A DNA stretch of 64,000 nucleotides from the NCBI GenBank assembly GCA_018302805.1, contig JAGVZD010000003.1, positions 6,538 to 70,537 of the forward strand, written 5' to 3'. The notes beneath the pieces were generated by a model, which was not told the DNA's origin, made no database searches, and worked only from the letters and a program-made list of their open reading frames with translations. The DNA comes from Candidatus Woesearchaeota archaeon (GTDB lineage: Archaea; Nanobdellota; Nanobdellia; SCGC-AAA011-G17; JAGVZF01). The translations under genes and the position numbers were made by a program. Shown in pieces: positions 29,699 through 40,809 of the stretch (its first letter is position 1; every line of letters starts with the position of its first letter).

Positions 29699-30634
29699 TT
29701 ATATTGTTATTATTTTATGAGAAAATTTAGATTTTATCTTGATTTTATTATTTCCCTTTACAACCTGTCCTATGATATCAGACTTATAATCTTTAATAGA
29801 ATTTAAGCAACTTTGAACGTTACTTTCAGGAATACTAAATAAAAAACCAATCCCGCAATTAAAGGTCTTATACATTTCTTCATCGCTTACACCTTTATCA
29901 TGGATTTCATAGTAAATTCCTTGTGGATTTAACTTATGCCTATTATTGATATAAATGTCTGATTCATGTAAAATATTTTTTAATTTAGTAAAGGCACCTC
30001 CAGTTATATGCATCATCCCATTAATACCAATCTCATTATCTAATTTATAAACTACATCCGAGTAAATATAAGTAGGTTGAACAAAATCTCTTTTCATTTC
30101 ATCCTGAAACAAATCCCTTATTTTTGTAAAACCATTAGAATGTAATCCATTGCTTTCAATCCCTATTAGAAAATCTCCAATTTCACATTTATTAGGTTTG
30201 TCTCTATAATTGAAACCCATCATAGTTATGCTTATTTCCAATCCTTGCATATTATTATGTATAGAAGTTTCTCCATCCAGTATTGCAATATTTCTTTCTA
30301 TGCATTCAATCGAGAGTGCCTGAATAATGTTATGAATTACCCTATGATTATCCTCTGGCAGAAAAATATGATCATTGATTGCATATGGAATAGATCTACG
30401 AAAAGCTATATCATTTAAATTCATTGCTAAGGCGTCTATTACAGCTTCTCGAAAAGTAGATGCTTGATAATGATATATCCCTTTGGTGCCAATTCCATCA
30501 GTATGTGGTTTACATTCTAAATTATTAAATTTTTTTATGACACAATCGTTGATAACTGATATATAAGGAGTTTCCCAGGTTTTATGTATTAATTCTATAA
30601 TTTCTTTGTTATAAGGCTTCGTAGTATCATACAT
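29699..30634 (-). CDS. PurM-superfamily protein (AIR synthase-like)
   Basis: Carries HTDGIGTK and AMNLNDIAF (PurM N-domain) and GLHSNGFTKIRDL. Length 311 aa. Confidence 0.6.
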   Translation of the reverse strand: MYDTTKPYNKEIIELIHKTWETPYISVINDCVIKKFNNLECKPHTDGIGTKGIYHYQASTFREAVIDALAMNLNDIAFRRSIPYAINDHIFLPEDNHRVIHNIIQALSIECIERNIAILDGETSIHNNMQGLEISITMMGFNYRDKPNKCEIGDFLIGIESNGLHSNGFTKIRDLFQDEMKRDFVQPTYIYSDVVYKLDNEIGINGMMHITGGAFTKLKNILHESDIYINNRHKLNPQGIYYEIHDKGVSDEEMYKTFNCGIGFLFSIPESNVQSCLNSIKDYKSDIIGQVVKGNNKIKIKSKFSHKIITI

Positions 30635-30827
30635 ATTTTCTCAAAAGGTAGATAATAATTTAAATTTATCATAAAAATCCATTAATCTTGGCCATAAATT
30701 TTTTATTCAATTCCCTAAAAATATTTGATTAATCCTTTTTTCGCCTGAAATTTCAATATACGATATATAACTCACTAATATTATATAGTTCAATAATTTA
30801 TAAAAACACGTAAGTTCTATTTCTAGT

Positions 30828-32111
30828 ATGGCGAAAATAGGAATTATTGGTGGTTCTGGCCTGGACAACCCAGAAATTCTAAGTGATCCTTATGACAAAG
30901 ATGTTTCAACTCCCTATGGCAATCCTTCTGCTCCTTTAAAAATAGGTAAAATAAATAATATCGAAGTAATATTACTTGCAAGGCATGGAAGAAAGCATGA
31001 AATTCCACCATCACAGGTAAATTATAGAGCAAATATTTTTGCATTAAAACAAGAAAATTGCACACATATAATCTCAACTACTGCAGTAGGCTCTTTAAAG
31101 GAAGGAATTAAAAGGGGGGATTTAGTAATCCTTGACCAATTTATTGACTTTACAAAACAAAGAAAACTTACATTTCACGAAACTTTCAATGATGGTCCAA
31201 AACATACATCCATGGCAAACCCTTTTGACGAAAATTTAAGAAAGATTTTAGTTCAAACTTCAAAGGAACTTGGATTTAATACACATGAGAAAGGTACGGT
31301 AATAACAATTGAAGGTCCTAGGTTTTCTACAAAAGCAGAATCACATATGTTTAGATTATGGGGTGCTGATGTAATAAACATGTCAATAACTCCAGAAGTT
31401 ATCCTAGCAAATGAACTAAAAATCCCATATGCTGCTATTGCAATGTCAACAGATTATGATTGTTGGAAAGATGATGAAGAGCCAGTATCATGGGAATCTA
31501 TACAAGAAATTTTTATTAAAAATTCAGACAATGTTAAAGCTTTGCTTATTAATATATTATCAAAATTAGCAGAATTTAAACGAGATAATTTGAAGTCTAA
31601 GATAAGAACCATCGCAAACTTCCCAAAACAGGGAGTTGTGTTTAGAGATATAACAACTTTATTAAAAGATCCAGAAGGACTTAGAGATGTGGTTTCTGAG
31701 TTTAAAAATAGGTATAAAAACACAAAAATTGATAAAATTGCAGGTATTGAAAGTAGAGGTTTTATTCTAGCATCCATATTGGCTCATGAATTCAATGTTG
31801 GATTTATACCAATAAGGAAGAAAGGAAAACTACCTTATGAAGTAGAATCTCATGAATATGAATTAGAATATGGTAAAGATACAATAGAAATTCATAGAGA
31901 TGCCATAGATAAGGGAGATCATATTTTACTGACCGATGATCTGATTGCTACCGGAGGTACAAGTTTGGCTGCCTGTAAATTAATAGAAAAATTAGGAGGT
32001 AACATTGTCGAAGTAGCAGTTATTATAGATTTACCTGATTTAAATGGTAGGAAGAAATTACAAGAAAATGGTTACAAAACCTTTGCATTAGTTGAATTCA
32101 TGGGCCATTAA
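30828..32111 (+). CDS. Fusion of 5'-methylthioadenosine phosphorylase (N-terminal) and adenine phosphoribosyltransferase (C-terminal)
   Basis: N-terminal half carries [38 protein letters not shown] and TDYDCW (MTAP/PNP fold). C-terminal half carries [21 protein letters not shown] and [12 protein letters not shown] (the APRT PRPP-binding loop). Confidence 0.8.
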   Translation: MAKIGIIGGSGLDNPEILSDPYDKDVSTPYGNPSAPLKIGKINNIEVILLARHGRKHEIPPSQVNYRANIFALKQENCTHIISTTAVGSLKEGIKRGDLVILDQFIDFTKQRKLTFHETFNDGPKHTSMANPFDENLRKILVQTSKELGFNTHEKGTVITIEGPRFSTKAESHMFRLWGADVINMSITPEVILANELKIPYAAIAMSTDYDCWKDDEEPVSWESIQEIFIKNSDNVKALLINILSKLAEFKRDNLKSKIRTIANFPKQGVVFRDITTLLKDPEGLRDVVSEFKNRYKNTKIDKIAGIESRGFILASILAHEFNVGFIPIRKKGKLPYEVESHEYELEYGKDTIEIHRDAIDKGDHILLTDDLIATGGTSLAACKLIEKLGGNIVEVAVIIDLPDLNGRKKLQENGYKTFALVEFMGH

Positions 32112-32746
32112 TTAAATTTTTCAATAACAATTTTTGGGCATAATTTATTGAGAAAACACTTAGAACAAATAGGGACTGGAGGTTTACAAATTGCCCTACC
32201 ATGATTTTTAAGTAAATGAGGTAATATTTTCCATTTATCTTTTGGAAATAAATTCATTAAATCATTTTCAATTTTCTCAGGATTTTTGTTTTTTGTCCAA
32301 CCTAATCTTTGAGTTACTCTAATAACATGGGAATCTACAACAATTCCGTCTATAATATTAAATGCATTTTGTTGTATGACATTTGCAGTCTTTCTAGAAA
32401 TTCCAGGTAGTTCAATTAATTTGTTCATAGAACTTGGAATTTTTCCTTGATATTTTTCTTCTAATATCTGACAAGCTTTTATGATATTCTCAGCTTTTTT
32501 TCTAAAAAAATTTACAGATTTAATATTCAACTCTAATTCCTTTACATCAGCTGTGGCATAGTCTTTAGCAGTTTTATATTTCTTAAAAAGTTTTAAAGTT
32601 GTTACATTAACAACTTGATCAGTACATTGCGCACTTAAAATAGAAGCCACTAATAATTCTAAGGGATTAGAGAAATTTAAGTAGAATTTCACATTTGGAT
32701 AGTTCTTTTCTAAAAGTTTAATTTGCTTAGATATTTTTGAATCCAT
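32108..32746 (-). CDS. nth: Endonuclease III (HhH-GPD DNA glycosylase with a 4Fe-4S cluster)
   Basis: HhH motif [13 protein letters not shown]-terminal cluster motif [17 protein letters not shown] (C-x6-C-x2-C-x5-C). Length 212 aa. Confidence 0.8.
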   Translation of the reverse strand: MDSKISKQIKLLEKNYPNVKFYLNFSNPLELLVASILSAQCTDQVVNVTTLKLFKKYKTAKDYATADVKELELNIKSVNFFRKKAENIIKACQILEEKYQGKIPSSMNKLIELPGISRKTANVIQQNAFNIIDGIVVDSHVIRVTQRLGWTKNKNPEKIENDLMNLFPKDKWKILPHLLKNHGRAICKPPVPICSKCFLNKLCPKIVIEKFN

Positions 32747-32760
32747 ATTTTTTCAATGCT

Positions 32761-33180
32761 TTACTTTGATTTTTTAACATGATCTTCATATAATTTTAAG
32801 TTAAACTCTTCATCTTCTATTAATTTAAGCTTAGAAGCGTCAGCATAACTAAACAATCCGAATTTATTATATTCCTTGGAAAGTGTTATATCATTTGAAG
32901 GATCATTAAGGAATTTATATTTAAATAAATAGTAAGCTACATTTTCATCACCATACCTATGATAAGAAACTGTAAAATACTCAGGAATAATAATTAAGCC
33001 AAGTTTTTCTCTAATTTCTCTTTTAATTGCCATATTAATCGATTCATCATCTTGGACATCTCCTCTTAGAGAACTCCAGGTACTTTTTAAGGTACTTTGG
33101 AACAAAAGAAAATTTTCAGAATATGTCATAATACAACCTACCATAATCTTATTAACTGAATTCGGTGGCTCTATTATCAT
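32761..33180 (-). CDS. NUDIX hydrolase
   Basis: Near-consensus Nudix box GDVQDDESINMAIKREIREKLGL. Length 139 aa. Confidence 0.55.
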   Translation of the reverse strand: MIIEPPNSVNKIMVGCIMTYSENFLLFQSTLKSTWSSLRGDVQDDESINMAIKREIREKLGLIIIPEYFTVSYHRYGDENVAYYLFKYKFLNDPSNDITLSKEYNKFGLFSYADASKLKLIEDEEFNLKLYEDHVKKSK

Positions 33181-33291
33181 AATTCCTTTAATTAATTCAC
33201 CTTTTTAATATTTATTTTTCTCCAAGCAGAAATAAATTCATAAATCAATAACCAAAATCAATATAAAGGATTAAAAAAATTCAATGTAAGC

Positions 33292-34539
33292 ATGGTTGAG
33301 ATCTTGACTATTTTTACAATAGTTAGTGTCATTTTGTTCTTTGGGTTACTTGCAGAATTTATTTATAAGAGATTTAATATTCCAGATATCCTTCTCTTAG
33401 TCTTAATGGGTTTATTTTTAGGTCCTTTTGGATTCAAACTTATATCATTAAACAATATTTCTGAATTTGCACCTATATTTACAACATTTGCCTTGCTTTT
33501 TATTATGTTTGATGGCGCTTTTGACATTAATTTATCCTCTTTTGCCAAAGGTCTTGTAAATAGTTTAAATATAACCGTTTTTAATTTCTTAATTTCTTAT
33601 TTTACAATTAGTATTTTACTCATCTTGTTTGGTTATGATTTCTCTACATCTGTTATCTTGGGTGGCGTTCTTGGAGGTATTTCATCGGCATTTGTAATAC
33701 CTATTCTAAATAAAATTAAGGTCACAAAAGAAACATATACAACATTAATATTTGAATCTGCTTTCACAGATATCTTATGTATAGTATTTGCTCTTACCGC
33801 ACTGGAAATATTCACTTTAGATACTTTTAATTTGAGAGTAATTGCTTCTAAAGTCTTCACTACCTTTGCGGTTGCTGGTATTATTGGCGTCTTAGCTGGT
33901 ATTATTTGGATCGCTTTAGTTTTAAAAATTTTCAGAGAACAAAAATCATATATGATAACAATTGCCTATTTACTTTTAATCTATGTTCTTACTGAATATC
34001 TAAATGGTAATGGTGCAATTGCTGCCTTATTCTTTGGGATAATGCTTAAAAATTCCAAAGAATTAAGAGAACTATATCAATCAATAATATCAAAAGACGA
34101 TGATACTTTCTACACAAAAGGTACAAATTTTACATCAGCAACAACACCAACAGAAGAATTTTTCTATCATCAAATTTCCTTTTTTCTAAAGACTTTCTTT
34201 TTTGTATATATAGGATTATTACTAGATATTTCCAATATTAAGCTTCTAATAGTGGGTGCTGTAATTGCAGCGGCCATAGTTTTGGTTAGAAAAAGTTGTT
34301 CTATTCTAACTAAGAAATTACCCAAATTCGACAGAAACATTATAAATTCTACTTTTGGAAGAGGATTAGCTGCCGCAGTCCTAGCCCAATATGTAAGTCA
34401 GTTCAATATTCCTGGTGCAGAACAAGTTCCTCAACTTGCTACCACAATCATAGTCTTCAGTATTCTCTTTAGTTCTATTATGGTATTCATTGCAATCGGG
34501 AATGTGAGAAATACTAACCTAGCTGATAAAAATGTTTAA
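33292..34539 (+). CDS. Cation:proton antiporter (CPA1/NhaP-like)
   Basis: 415 aa with 10 to 12 TM helices and the helix pattern of a Na+/H+ exchanger. Confidence 0.65.
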   Translation: MVEILTIFTIVSVILFFGLLAEFIYKRFNIPDILLLVLMGLFLGPFGFKLISLNNISEFAPIFTTFALLFIMFDGAFDINLSSFAKGLVNSLNITVFNFLISYFTISILLILFGYDFSTSVILGGVLGGISSAFVIPILNKIKVTKETYTTLIFESAFTDILCIVFALTALEIFTLDTFNLRVIASKVFTTFAVAGIIGVLAGIIWIALVLKIFREQKSYMITIAYLLLIYVLTEYLNGNGAIAALFFGIMLKNSKELRELYQSIISKDDDTFYTKGTNFTSATTPTEEFFYHQISFFLKTFFFVYIGLLLDISNIKLLIVGAVIAAAIVLVRKSCSILTKKLPKFDRNIINSTFGRGLAAAVLAQYVSQFNIPGAEQVPQLATTIIVFSILFSSIMVFIAIGNVRNTNLADKNV

Positions 34540-34613
34540 TTACTACTAACGTATTACTATCAACTAACAATAGAAAAGTTTAAAAACAACAATTTTTTGC
34601 AGTAAGAACTAAG

Positions 34614-34892
34614 TTGATAGAACTTGGGGGCAACATTACGCTTGAAGGTTTCGAGAATCTTGAACCGGGGGCGTTGATAATTGTAAAAAAAGTGGTGGGA
34701 AATTATACTAAAAAGATCTCTAATAACATAAGCAATTTTGAAAAGATTTTGATATGTTTAAATAAGTTGGATTTCAATCACCATGTTCAAGTTAAATTGC
34801 AGAGTAATGGTGAAATTGATATTCAAGAGGCAGCAGACTCAAACCTTTTCTTCGCTTTGGATAAAGCTTTAAGCAAATTTAATAGCTATTAA
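34614..34892 (+). CDS. Hypothetical small protein
   Basis: 92-aa ORF. The start is uncertain. Confidence 0.3.
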   Translation: MIELGGNITLEGFENLEPGALIIVKKVVGNYTKKISNNISNFEKILICLNKLDFNHHVQVKLQSNGEIDIQEAADSNLFFALDKALSKFNSY

Positions 34893-34923
34893 ATTATTAA
34901 AAAATAGTTGATCAATTTATATA

Positions 34924-35232
34924 TTGAAAATGAACAATTTTGATTTTTTTATTCAAGAAGAATATAGAGGGAAAAAAATAAATTTACTAAAAGGGATGTC
35001 TGACTGGTCCACCGAAAATATTTACTTGTTAATCCCTAGGCAAGCATATTATCTAGATATTAATCCTTTAGAAACTGAAGAAGAATTTCTAGGTAATCAA
35101 GATGATTCAGACAAACAACAATTAAACTATTATAAGGAAAATGGTAAATACATAATTACTCAAGATCTTGAACATCAAATAATTACCTGTGAACTAATGA
35201 GGAAACTAGAACGCCTATTTCAAGTGCAGTAG
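34924..35232 (+). CDS. Hypothetical small protein
   Basis: 102-aa ORF, acidic. Confidence 0.3.
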   Translation: MKMNNFDFFIQEEYRGKKINLLKGMSDWSTENIYLLIPRQAYYLDINPLETEEEFLGNQDDSDKQQLNYYKENGKYIITQDLEHQIITCELMRKLERLFQVQ

Positions 35233-35266
35233 TAAAGTTTATAAAGAATCTCTATTAAAGGATATT

Positions 35267-35557
35267 ATGGTAACTAGAATAGGTGGACTTAGAAGAAAGA
35301 CTAGGTCTAAATTAAGGAAAAATGTAAAACAGAAGGGAAAATTATCTGTTACAAAATATCTTCAAGAATTCAATATAGGAGATAAAGTCTATTTAAAAGC
35401 TGAACCGTCAATTCATAAAGGAATGTACAGTCTTAGATATCATGGCAGTTCTGGGTTTATAAAAGGTAAACAAGGTAAATGCTACATAGTCCAATTAAAA
35501 CATGATTCAAAAATTAAAAAATTCATTGTAAACCCAGTACATTTAAGGAAGGCATAG
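35267..35557 (+). CDS. rpl21e: Ribosomal protein L21e
   Basis: MVTRIGGLRRKTRSKLRKN...GDKVYLK is typical of L21e. It is followed by rpoF and DUF655, as in the conserved archaeal cluster. Confidence 0.85.
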   Translation: MVTRIGGLRRKTRSKLRKNVKQKGKLSVTKYLQEFNIGDKVYLKAEPSIHKGMYSLRYHGSSGFIKGKQGKCYIVQLKHDSKIKKFIVNPVHLRKA

Positions 35558-35558
35558 A

Positions 35559-35903
35559 ATGAGCGAAATTTCAATACTTAACGAAAGACCAGTATCAATT
35601 TATGAAGTTCGTGAAAAATTAAATGAGATTAAAAAAAGAGATAAAGAACTCAGTTTCAGAGCTAAAAAAACAGAAGAATTTGTTAATAATGTTCAACTAT
35701 TGAAAGAAAAAAAAGCCAAAGAGCTCTATGATGACCTAATTAATTTAAATATTGAAAAATTAAAACCGAGGCAAATAGTTAAAATCATTGATGTTATTCC
35801 AAAGGATTCAGATAGCCTAAAAACAATTTTCACTAATGAACCAATCGCATTATCTATAGAAGAATTTGAGAAGGTAATTGAAGTTGTCAAAAAATATGCA
35901 TAG
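35559..35903 (+). CDS. rpoF: RNA polymerase subunit Rpo4 (RpoF)
   Basis: Position in the L21e-RpoF-DUF655 cluster. Helical 114-aa protein. Confidence 0.55.
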   Translation: MSEISILNERPVSIYEVREKLNEIKKRDKELSFRAKKTEEFVNNVQLLKEKKAKELYDDLINLNIEKLKPRQIVKIIDVIPKDSDSLKTIFTNEPIALSIEEFEKVIEVVKKYA

Positions 35904-35914
35904 GATTATTAAAA

Positions 35915-36475
35915 ATGAAAACAGAATTAAAAGAAGAACATGCAATAGTACTAGACTTTTTACCAAATGGATATCCCTTCGATGCAAGGCCTATGCATAT
36001 GAAAACACCAATTGCTCAAGCAATTGGTAAGGAACATTTTATTCTACTTGAATTAGTGCCAAAAAAAGGTCAATTCTTGCAACCCTACCAAGAAGTATAT
36101 ATGGGTATTGGTAAAAGAGATCATATTCATCATATCATAGGAAAGATTGCAATAGACAAACTTACGCAAACAGCTAAGTTAGAACTGGAAATAGTAGTAA
36201 AGGACATAGTAATAAAAAATGAACAAAGATTTGTTCATTTTTTCAATAATGCTGGTCCTATTAACACTAGAAGGCATCAGCTTGAACTTCTTCCAGGTAT
36301 TGGAAAAAAACATATGTGGGAAATTCTTGAAAAAAGAAAAGAAAAACCATTTGAAAACTTTGATGACATAAAAACTAGGGTAAAACTAATGCCAAATCCA
36401 GAAACTACCATAATCAAGAGAATAATGGCAGAATTAGAAGAACAAGACAGATACAGATTATTTGTGGGAACTTAA
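35915..36475 (+). CDS. DUF655-family protein (archaeal OB/HhH protein)
   Basis: Carries AIVLDFLPNGYP...PIAQAIGKEHFILLELVPKKG, characteristic of DUF655. Length 186 aa. Confidence 0.6.
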   Translation: MKTELKEEHAIVLDFLPNGYPFDARPMHMKTPIAQAIGKEHFILLELVPKKGQFLQPYQEVYMGIGKRDHIHHIIGKIAIDKLTQTAKLELEIVVKDIVIKNEQRFVHFFNNAGPINTRRHQLELLPGIGKKHMWEILEKRKEKPFENFDDIKTRVKLMPNPETTIIKRIMAELEEQDRYRLFVGT

Positions 36476-36583
36476 AAATATATTTTATTAATTTCAGGAT
36501 TTATTATACGCCCAGTTGTTTCTAGGGTCTTAATCAAGGGAGGTACCAAAACCTTTTTAAATACTCCTCATAAATAAAAAACT

Positions 36584-37102
36584 ATGATTGAAGATGCCAA
36601 TTACAAGCATATTGTAAGAGTTGTCAATACAGATATTAAAGGTGAAGTTAAATTAGCTAGTGCTTTACGAAGAATTCAAGGAGTTGGTTTCACTTATTCT
36701 AATGCAGTTATCAAAACCCTTAATATGGAAGAAAATATCAAGATAGGTAATGTAAGCGATTCAGATCTTAAGAAAATAGAAGATGTAATAATTAATCCCG
36801 CTAAATATAACTTGCCATCATGGCTATTCAATAGAAGAAAGAATTTTGATTCAGGTTCAGATATTCATTTATTAACCTCAGACTTAAAACTCCAAAAGGA
36901 TAATGATATTAAAAGAATGAAAAAAATTAGATCCTACAAGGGTGTCAGACATTCTATCGGTCAACCAGTTAGAGGTCAAAGAACTAGGAGTAACTTTAGA
37001 AAAGGTTCTGCAATAGGAGTAAATAAGAAGAAATCAAAAATAGCATCTGCCAAACCAGCAATTGGACCTAAAGAAAAAACAAAGGACAAAGGTAAGAAGT
37101 AA
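36584..37102 (+). CDS. rps13: Ribosomal protein uS13
   Basis: N-terminus IVRVVNTDIKGEVKLASALRRIQGVG. Basic C-terminal tail. Confidence 0.85.
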   Translation: MIEDANYKHIVRVVNTDIKGEVKLASALRRIQGVGFTYSNAVIKTLNMEENIKIGNVSDSDLKKIEDVIINPAKYNLPSWLFNRRKNFDSGSDIHLLTSDLKLQKDNDIKRMKKIRSYKGVRHSIGQPVRGQRTRSNFRKGSAIGVNKKKSKIASAKPAIGPKEKTKDKGKK

Positions 37103-37104
37103 AA

Positions 37105-37668
37105 ATGGGAGACCCAAGAAGACTAAAAAAAACTTATGAGACGCCAGCGCATCCTTGGCAAAAAGAGAGATTAGAAACAGAAAGAATACTTTTTGAAGAA
37201 TATGGTTTAAAAAACAAAAGAGAAGTGTGGAAAGCGGGTTCTATTCTTAGAAGATACACAAGTCAAGCCAAAAAATTAATTTTGGCAACTTCAGAACAAT
37301 CCAAAATAGAAGAGAAAAAACTATTAGAAAAATTATATCGATATAATTTAACAAAAAAGGATGCAAAAATTGACGATGTCCTATCACTTAATATCAAAAA
37401 TATCTTAGACAGGAGATTGCAATCAATTATTTACAAAAAAAATCTGGCATTAACAATATATCAATCTAGACAATTTATTACACATGGTCATGTTTTAGTT
37501 AATGATCAAAAAGTAGATGTTCCATCATATTCAGTTAGTAGAGAAGAGGAAGCAAAAATCACAATAGATAAAAATTCCAAAGTTTATCAGAATATAATTA
37601 TGAAACAAAAGAAAGAACAAAAAGAAATAAAAGAAGAAAAAGAAGTTGTCCCAGAGGTACAACAATAA
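37105..37668 (+). CDS. rps4: Ribosomal protein uS4
   Basis: S4 RNA-binding domain ([18 protein letters not shown]). Length 187 aa. Confidence 0.85.
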   Translation: MGDPRRLKKTYETPAHPWQKERLETERILFEEYGLKNKREVWKAGSILRRYTSQAKKLILATSEQSKIEEKKLLEKLYRYNLTKKDAKIDDVLSLNIKNILDRRLQSIIYKKNLALTIYQSRQFITHGHVLVNDQKVDVPSYSVSREEEAKITIDKNSKVYQNIIMKQKKEQKEIKEEKEVVPEVQQ

Positions 37669-38071
37669 AATGGATAGAAAGGAAAATATGAAGTGGGGTA
37701 TTGCATACATATATTCAAGCTATAATAATACAATTATTCATATTACCGATATTACAGGATCTGAAACTATTTCTCAGGCTTCTGGTGGCATGGTAGTTAA
37801 AGCACACAGATTAGAAGGAAGTCCGACAGCAGCTATGAGTGCAGCAAAAATTGCTGCTGAAAAAGCCTTAGAAAAAGGTATTAATGCCATTCATATCAAG
37901 ATCAGAGCACCTGGAGGCCATAATGGTCCAGTAAATACAGGTCCTGGGGCTCAAGCTGCAATTAGAGCTTTAACCAGAAGCGGATTAAGAATAGGAAACA
38001 TAGAAGAAGTTACTCCAATACCTCATGACGGATGTAGGAAAAGCCATGGAAAAAGGGGTCGTAGGGTGTAA
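37646..38071 (+). CDS. rps11: Ribosomal protein uS11
   Basis: Carries [23 protein letters not shown] and the C-terminal GxRxGN pattern of S11. Confidence 0.9.
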   Translation: MSQRYNNKMDRKENMKWGIAYIYSSYNNTIIHITDITGSETISQASGGMVVKAHRLEGSPTAAMSAAKIAAEKALEKGINAIHIKIRAPGGHNGPVNTGPGAQAAIRALTRSGLRIGNIEEVTPIPHDGCRKSHGKRGRRV

Positions 38072-38093
38072 AATATACTTTAGATTATATATT

Positions 38094-39377
38094 TTATATT
38101 ATATATTCTTTAGCTTTATCCTCATCTTTTATTCCATACACATTTTCTTTAGCATAGCCTCCTTTCTTCAAAAGTCTTTCACCAATTACTGTAACTATAC
38201 CATTATCAATTAACGACTGTGAATAAGTGGGAGCTCCATTCAAATGCGATGTGATTGCTTTTCTCCCTACGTTTAACTCTATACAAAGTCCCAATATACT
38301 CTTTGGTTTTTCCAATAATGATTTTATGATAAGTTTCTTAGTTTCTTTTGCATTTCTCTTAAACCACATCCTAGACTTTCTTCTATATAATGCCTCAAAA
38401 CTTATTTGTTTGTAAGAAATCGGCAACGAGCTTATACTCTCATATAATAATTTAAAACTGGAGGTACTAAATTCTATATTCCAAAATTTTTTGAAATAAC
38501 TCCAACTACTATTACCTTCTGTAAAGTTTGTGGCTCTCTGTCTATGAGATATTTTATTTAGTTTATAACAATAACAAACTATTTCCCGTATGTCCATAAC
38601 AAATCGTTCATTATCTCCTAACTCTATCCTGATTGCATCATTCACAGTTGCTTCATCAATAATCATTGCTTTAATAAACTCATCCAATAAGACTTTATTA
38701 TCTCTTGCAAGTCTCTTAAATTTAGGAGACAAATAAACCTTCAAAGATCTAAAGTCCTCAATATCTAAAATATTTGAGGCAATATATCCAATTGTATTAG
38801 AAAAATAAAGCTGATTTTCCTTTGATATGAAATTCAAGGGTACATCTCCAAAATTCTTTAATCTGTTCTTGTGATACTCTAGTAAATCTTCTGAATATGT
38901 GTAGAAATAGCCACCTTTTTTATTTCTAAATGAACCATCAAACATTAAGTGACTGGCAACGTAGAACAAGTCTTTCATATTGAAAGGTAGCCTAGGATTT
39001 CTAATTTTTGTTCCATCTTCCTTATTACCTAAGGTTTCTATGTTAGTTTCAATTTCCTTATTTGATATGCCAACAAAACTACTTATGATTCTTAGTTCTT
39101 TAATCGTAAATCTAATTTTTCTGGTAAATAATCTAGAAGAATGTAGCTGATTGCAATCCAGAAAAATACAAAAACAATCACTTTTGTCGTAATTTACTTT
39201 TTCTAAAATCTTTTTTATAAGAATTGAATGATATTCTTCATTTAAACTTACATAAAGATCTTGAGGAAGCTGCCAGTAATGAATATCTAAGTCACCCATA
39301 TAATTTAAGCAAAAAACGCTTTTAAATATCTTACGCGCATAGATGTCCAGTGTGTCGTGTGAAATAGAGAGATTCAA
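38094..39377 (-). CDS. Putative LAGLIDADG-type homing-endonuclease-like protein
   Basis: VASHLMFDGSFRNKKGGYFYTY resembles the LAGLIDGDGSF motif followed by a beta-hairpin. A second degenerate motif is possible (KAMIIDEAT). Length 427 aa. Confidence 0.35.
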   Translation of the reverse strand: MNLSISHDTLDIYARKIFKSVFCLNYMGDLDIHYWQLPQDLYVSLNEEYHSILIKKILEKVNYDKSDCFCIFLDCNQLHSSRLFTRKIRFTIKELRIISSFVGISNKEIETNIETLGNKEDGTKIRNPRLPFNMKDLFYVASHLMFDGSFRNKKGGYFYTYSEDLLEYHKNRLKNFGDVPLNFISKENQLYFSNTIGYIASNILDIEDFRSLKVYLSPKFKRLARDNKVLLDEFIKAMIIDEATVNDAIRIELGDNERFVMDIREIVCYCYKLNKISHRQRATNFTEGNSSWSYFKKFWNIEFSTSSFKLLYESISSLPISYKQISFEALYRRKSRMWFKRNAKETKKLIIKSLLEKPKSILGLCIELNVGRKAITSHLNGAPTYSQSLIDNGIVTVIGERLLKKGGYAKENVYGIKDEDKAKEYII

Positions 39378-39423
39378 AAATATTAAAGCATAAGGAATAA
39401 ATTAAATTAATTAATTCATGTAA

Positions 39424-39795
39424 TTAGCTATTTATGCTTTTAGAAAACGCAATGCATCTTTCCCCAAGAGAATGCCAATTTAACTTTTCACTTATTACAT
39501 CTAAATCTTTTAAATCATCTATTATGAATTTTTTTTGAATAATTTGAAGTTCTAATCTTGCAAAATTTATAAAATTTCTCTTGCCTTCAGGAGCAAGTAA
39601 TAATACTTCCTCAATTCTGCCTAAACCATTATTGTATTGTGCAAGACTAAAATAACCATAAGCTATTCCTAAATAAACTTGAAGCAAATCTTTGTCCATA
39701 GAAGTTGGTTCCCGACTATTAAACCATTTCAAATATTCATCAATATGATAACTACCTATTAGGATTTTTAAGTTTCTCAATTGGTCTTCATTCAT
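39424..39795 (-). CDS. Hypothetical protein
   Basis: 123-aa ORF inside the insertion. Confidence 0.3.
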   Translation of the reverse strand: MNEDQLRNLKILIGSYHIDEYLKWFNSREPTSMDKDLLQVYLGIAYGYFSLAQYNNGLGRIEEVLLLAPEGKRNFINFARLELQIIQKKFIIDDLKDLDVISEKLNWHSLGERCIAFSKSINS

Positions 39796-39866
39796 GTTTT
39801 AGAGAAATTATCCAAATCTATTTAAAATTTACTGAATACAAATTTTATGATTATAAAAGATCAAAA

Positions 39867-40127
39867 TTGAGATTTTTGACTATGTTTAAAAAAACTTCAA
39901 TAGACTTAAAAATTATTAAAGAAAAATTAGATAGAGATTTAGTTGCTCTAATCCAATTTCCCGACAGTGAAGAAACAATTAAAGCATTGAGAATTCTTAC
40001 AAATTATAATAGGTTTGTATCAGCATATAATGATGATTGTTTTGGTCTGCAGAGCATTGAAGATTTGGAGTTGCTCTTTACTAAGAAAGTCATATACCGA
40101 ATCACTGATATTAAAAATAAATATTAA
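39867..40127 (+). CDS. Hypothetical protein
   Basis: 86-aa ORF inside the insertion. Confidence 0.3.
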   Translation: MRFLTMFKKTSIDLKIIKEKLDRDLVALIQFPDSEETIKALRILTNYNRFVSAYNDDCFGLQSIEDLELLFTKKVIYRITDIKNKY

Positions 40128-40224
40128 GATGTTTCAAGTCAAAATGAATTATTCCAAATTGTTCCAAAGACAGACTTTGTTCAATTAAGTTTATTAATTT
40201 TTCTGATTACTTTTATTTATTAAC

Positions 40225-40809
40225 ATGAAACAAACTATTAGACATATTCCTATGTATGCAGCTGCTTTACTAATACATTCATCTTTATTATTTTCATATC
40301 CAAATTCACATTCATCAGAAATCCAATTTAGTAAATTGAATACTGATTCTATTTCTGATATTGTTACCAGATATAAGAACTACCAACCTAGTCCGCACAC
40401 AAGTCCAAAAAGGCTGTATAAAGAATCAGAAAATTTCTTTCAGTGGGATTCTCCAAAAATGAATTTATCTGCATGGATGGCATCAGAAGGCAATAAATTT
40501 TTATTTAATATTTGGAGATTTAACTTCTTAGATTCAGATTCTTGTCAAAGTATATCCCAAAGAAATACATACATTACTGCTGTACCTTTAGCAGATTCAT
40601 TGGTTGTTGCCAAAATTGAGGAATATTACTGGGAGCATGATTGCGTAAGTCATTCAATAAGAAAAAATTTAGCAACAATTGGATTAACAGATCAAGGTCT
40701 TTACTTAGCTTCAGATAGTATTTATTTCCAAATTCCAAGTTCAAAATTCCCTGCAATTTACAGTGAATTTGTAAATCTAGTTTATGAAGACTATAAGAAA
40801 ATCAAGTAA
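40225..40809 (+). CDS. Hypothetical secreted protein
   Basis: N-terminal hydrophobic signal (MYAAALLIHSSLLFS). Length 194 aa. Confidence 0.35.
   Translation: MKQTIRHIPMYAAALLIHSSLLFSYPNSHSSEIQFSKLNTDSISDIVTRYKNYQPSPHTSPKRLYKESENFFQWDSPKMNLSAWMASEGNKFLFNIWRFNFLDSDSCQSISQRNTYITAVPLADSLVVAKIEEYYWEHDCVSHSIRKNLATIGLTDQGLYLASDSIYFQIPSSKFPAIYSEFVNLVYEDYKKIK

Noticed and set aside
30844-31777. Reverse-strand ORFs 30844-31077 and 31454-31777
   Set aside because: They are antisense within the strongly supported MTAP-APRT gene.
38025-38213. 62-aa forward-strand ORF after rps11
   Set aside because: It overlaps the rps11 stop and the end of the 427-aa reverse-strand ORF. It is low-complexity (FFSFILIFYSIHIFF) and probably spurious.
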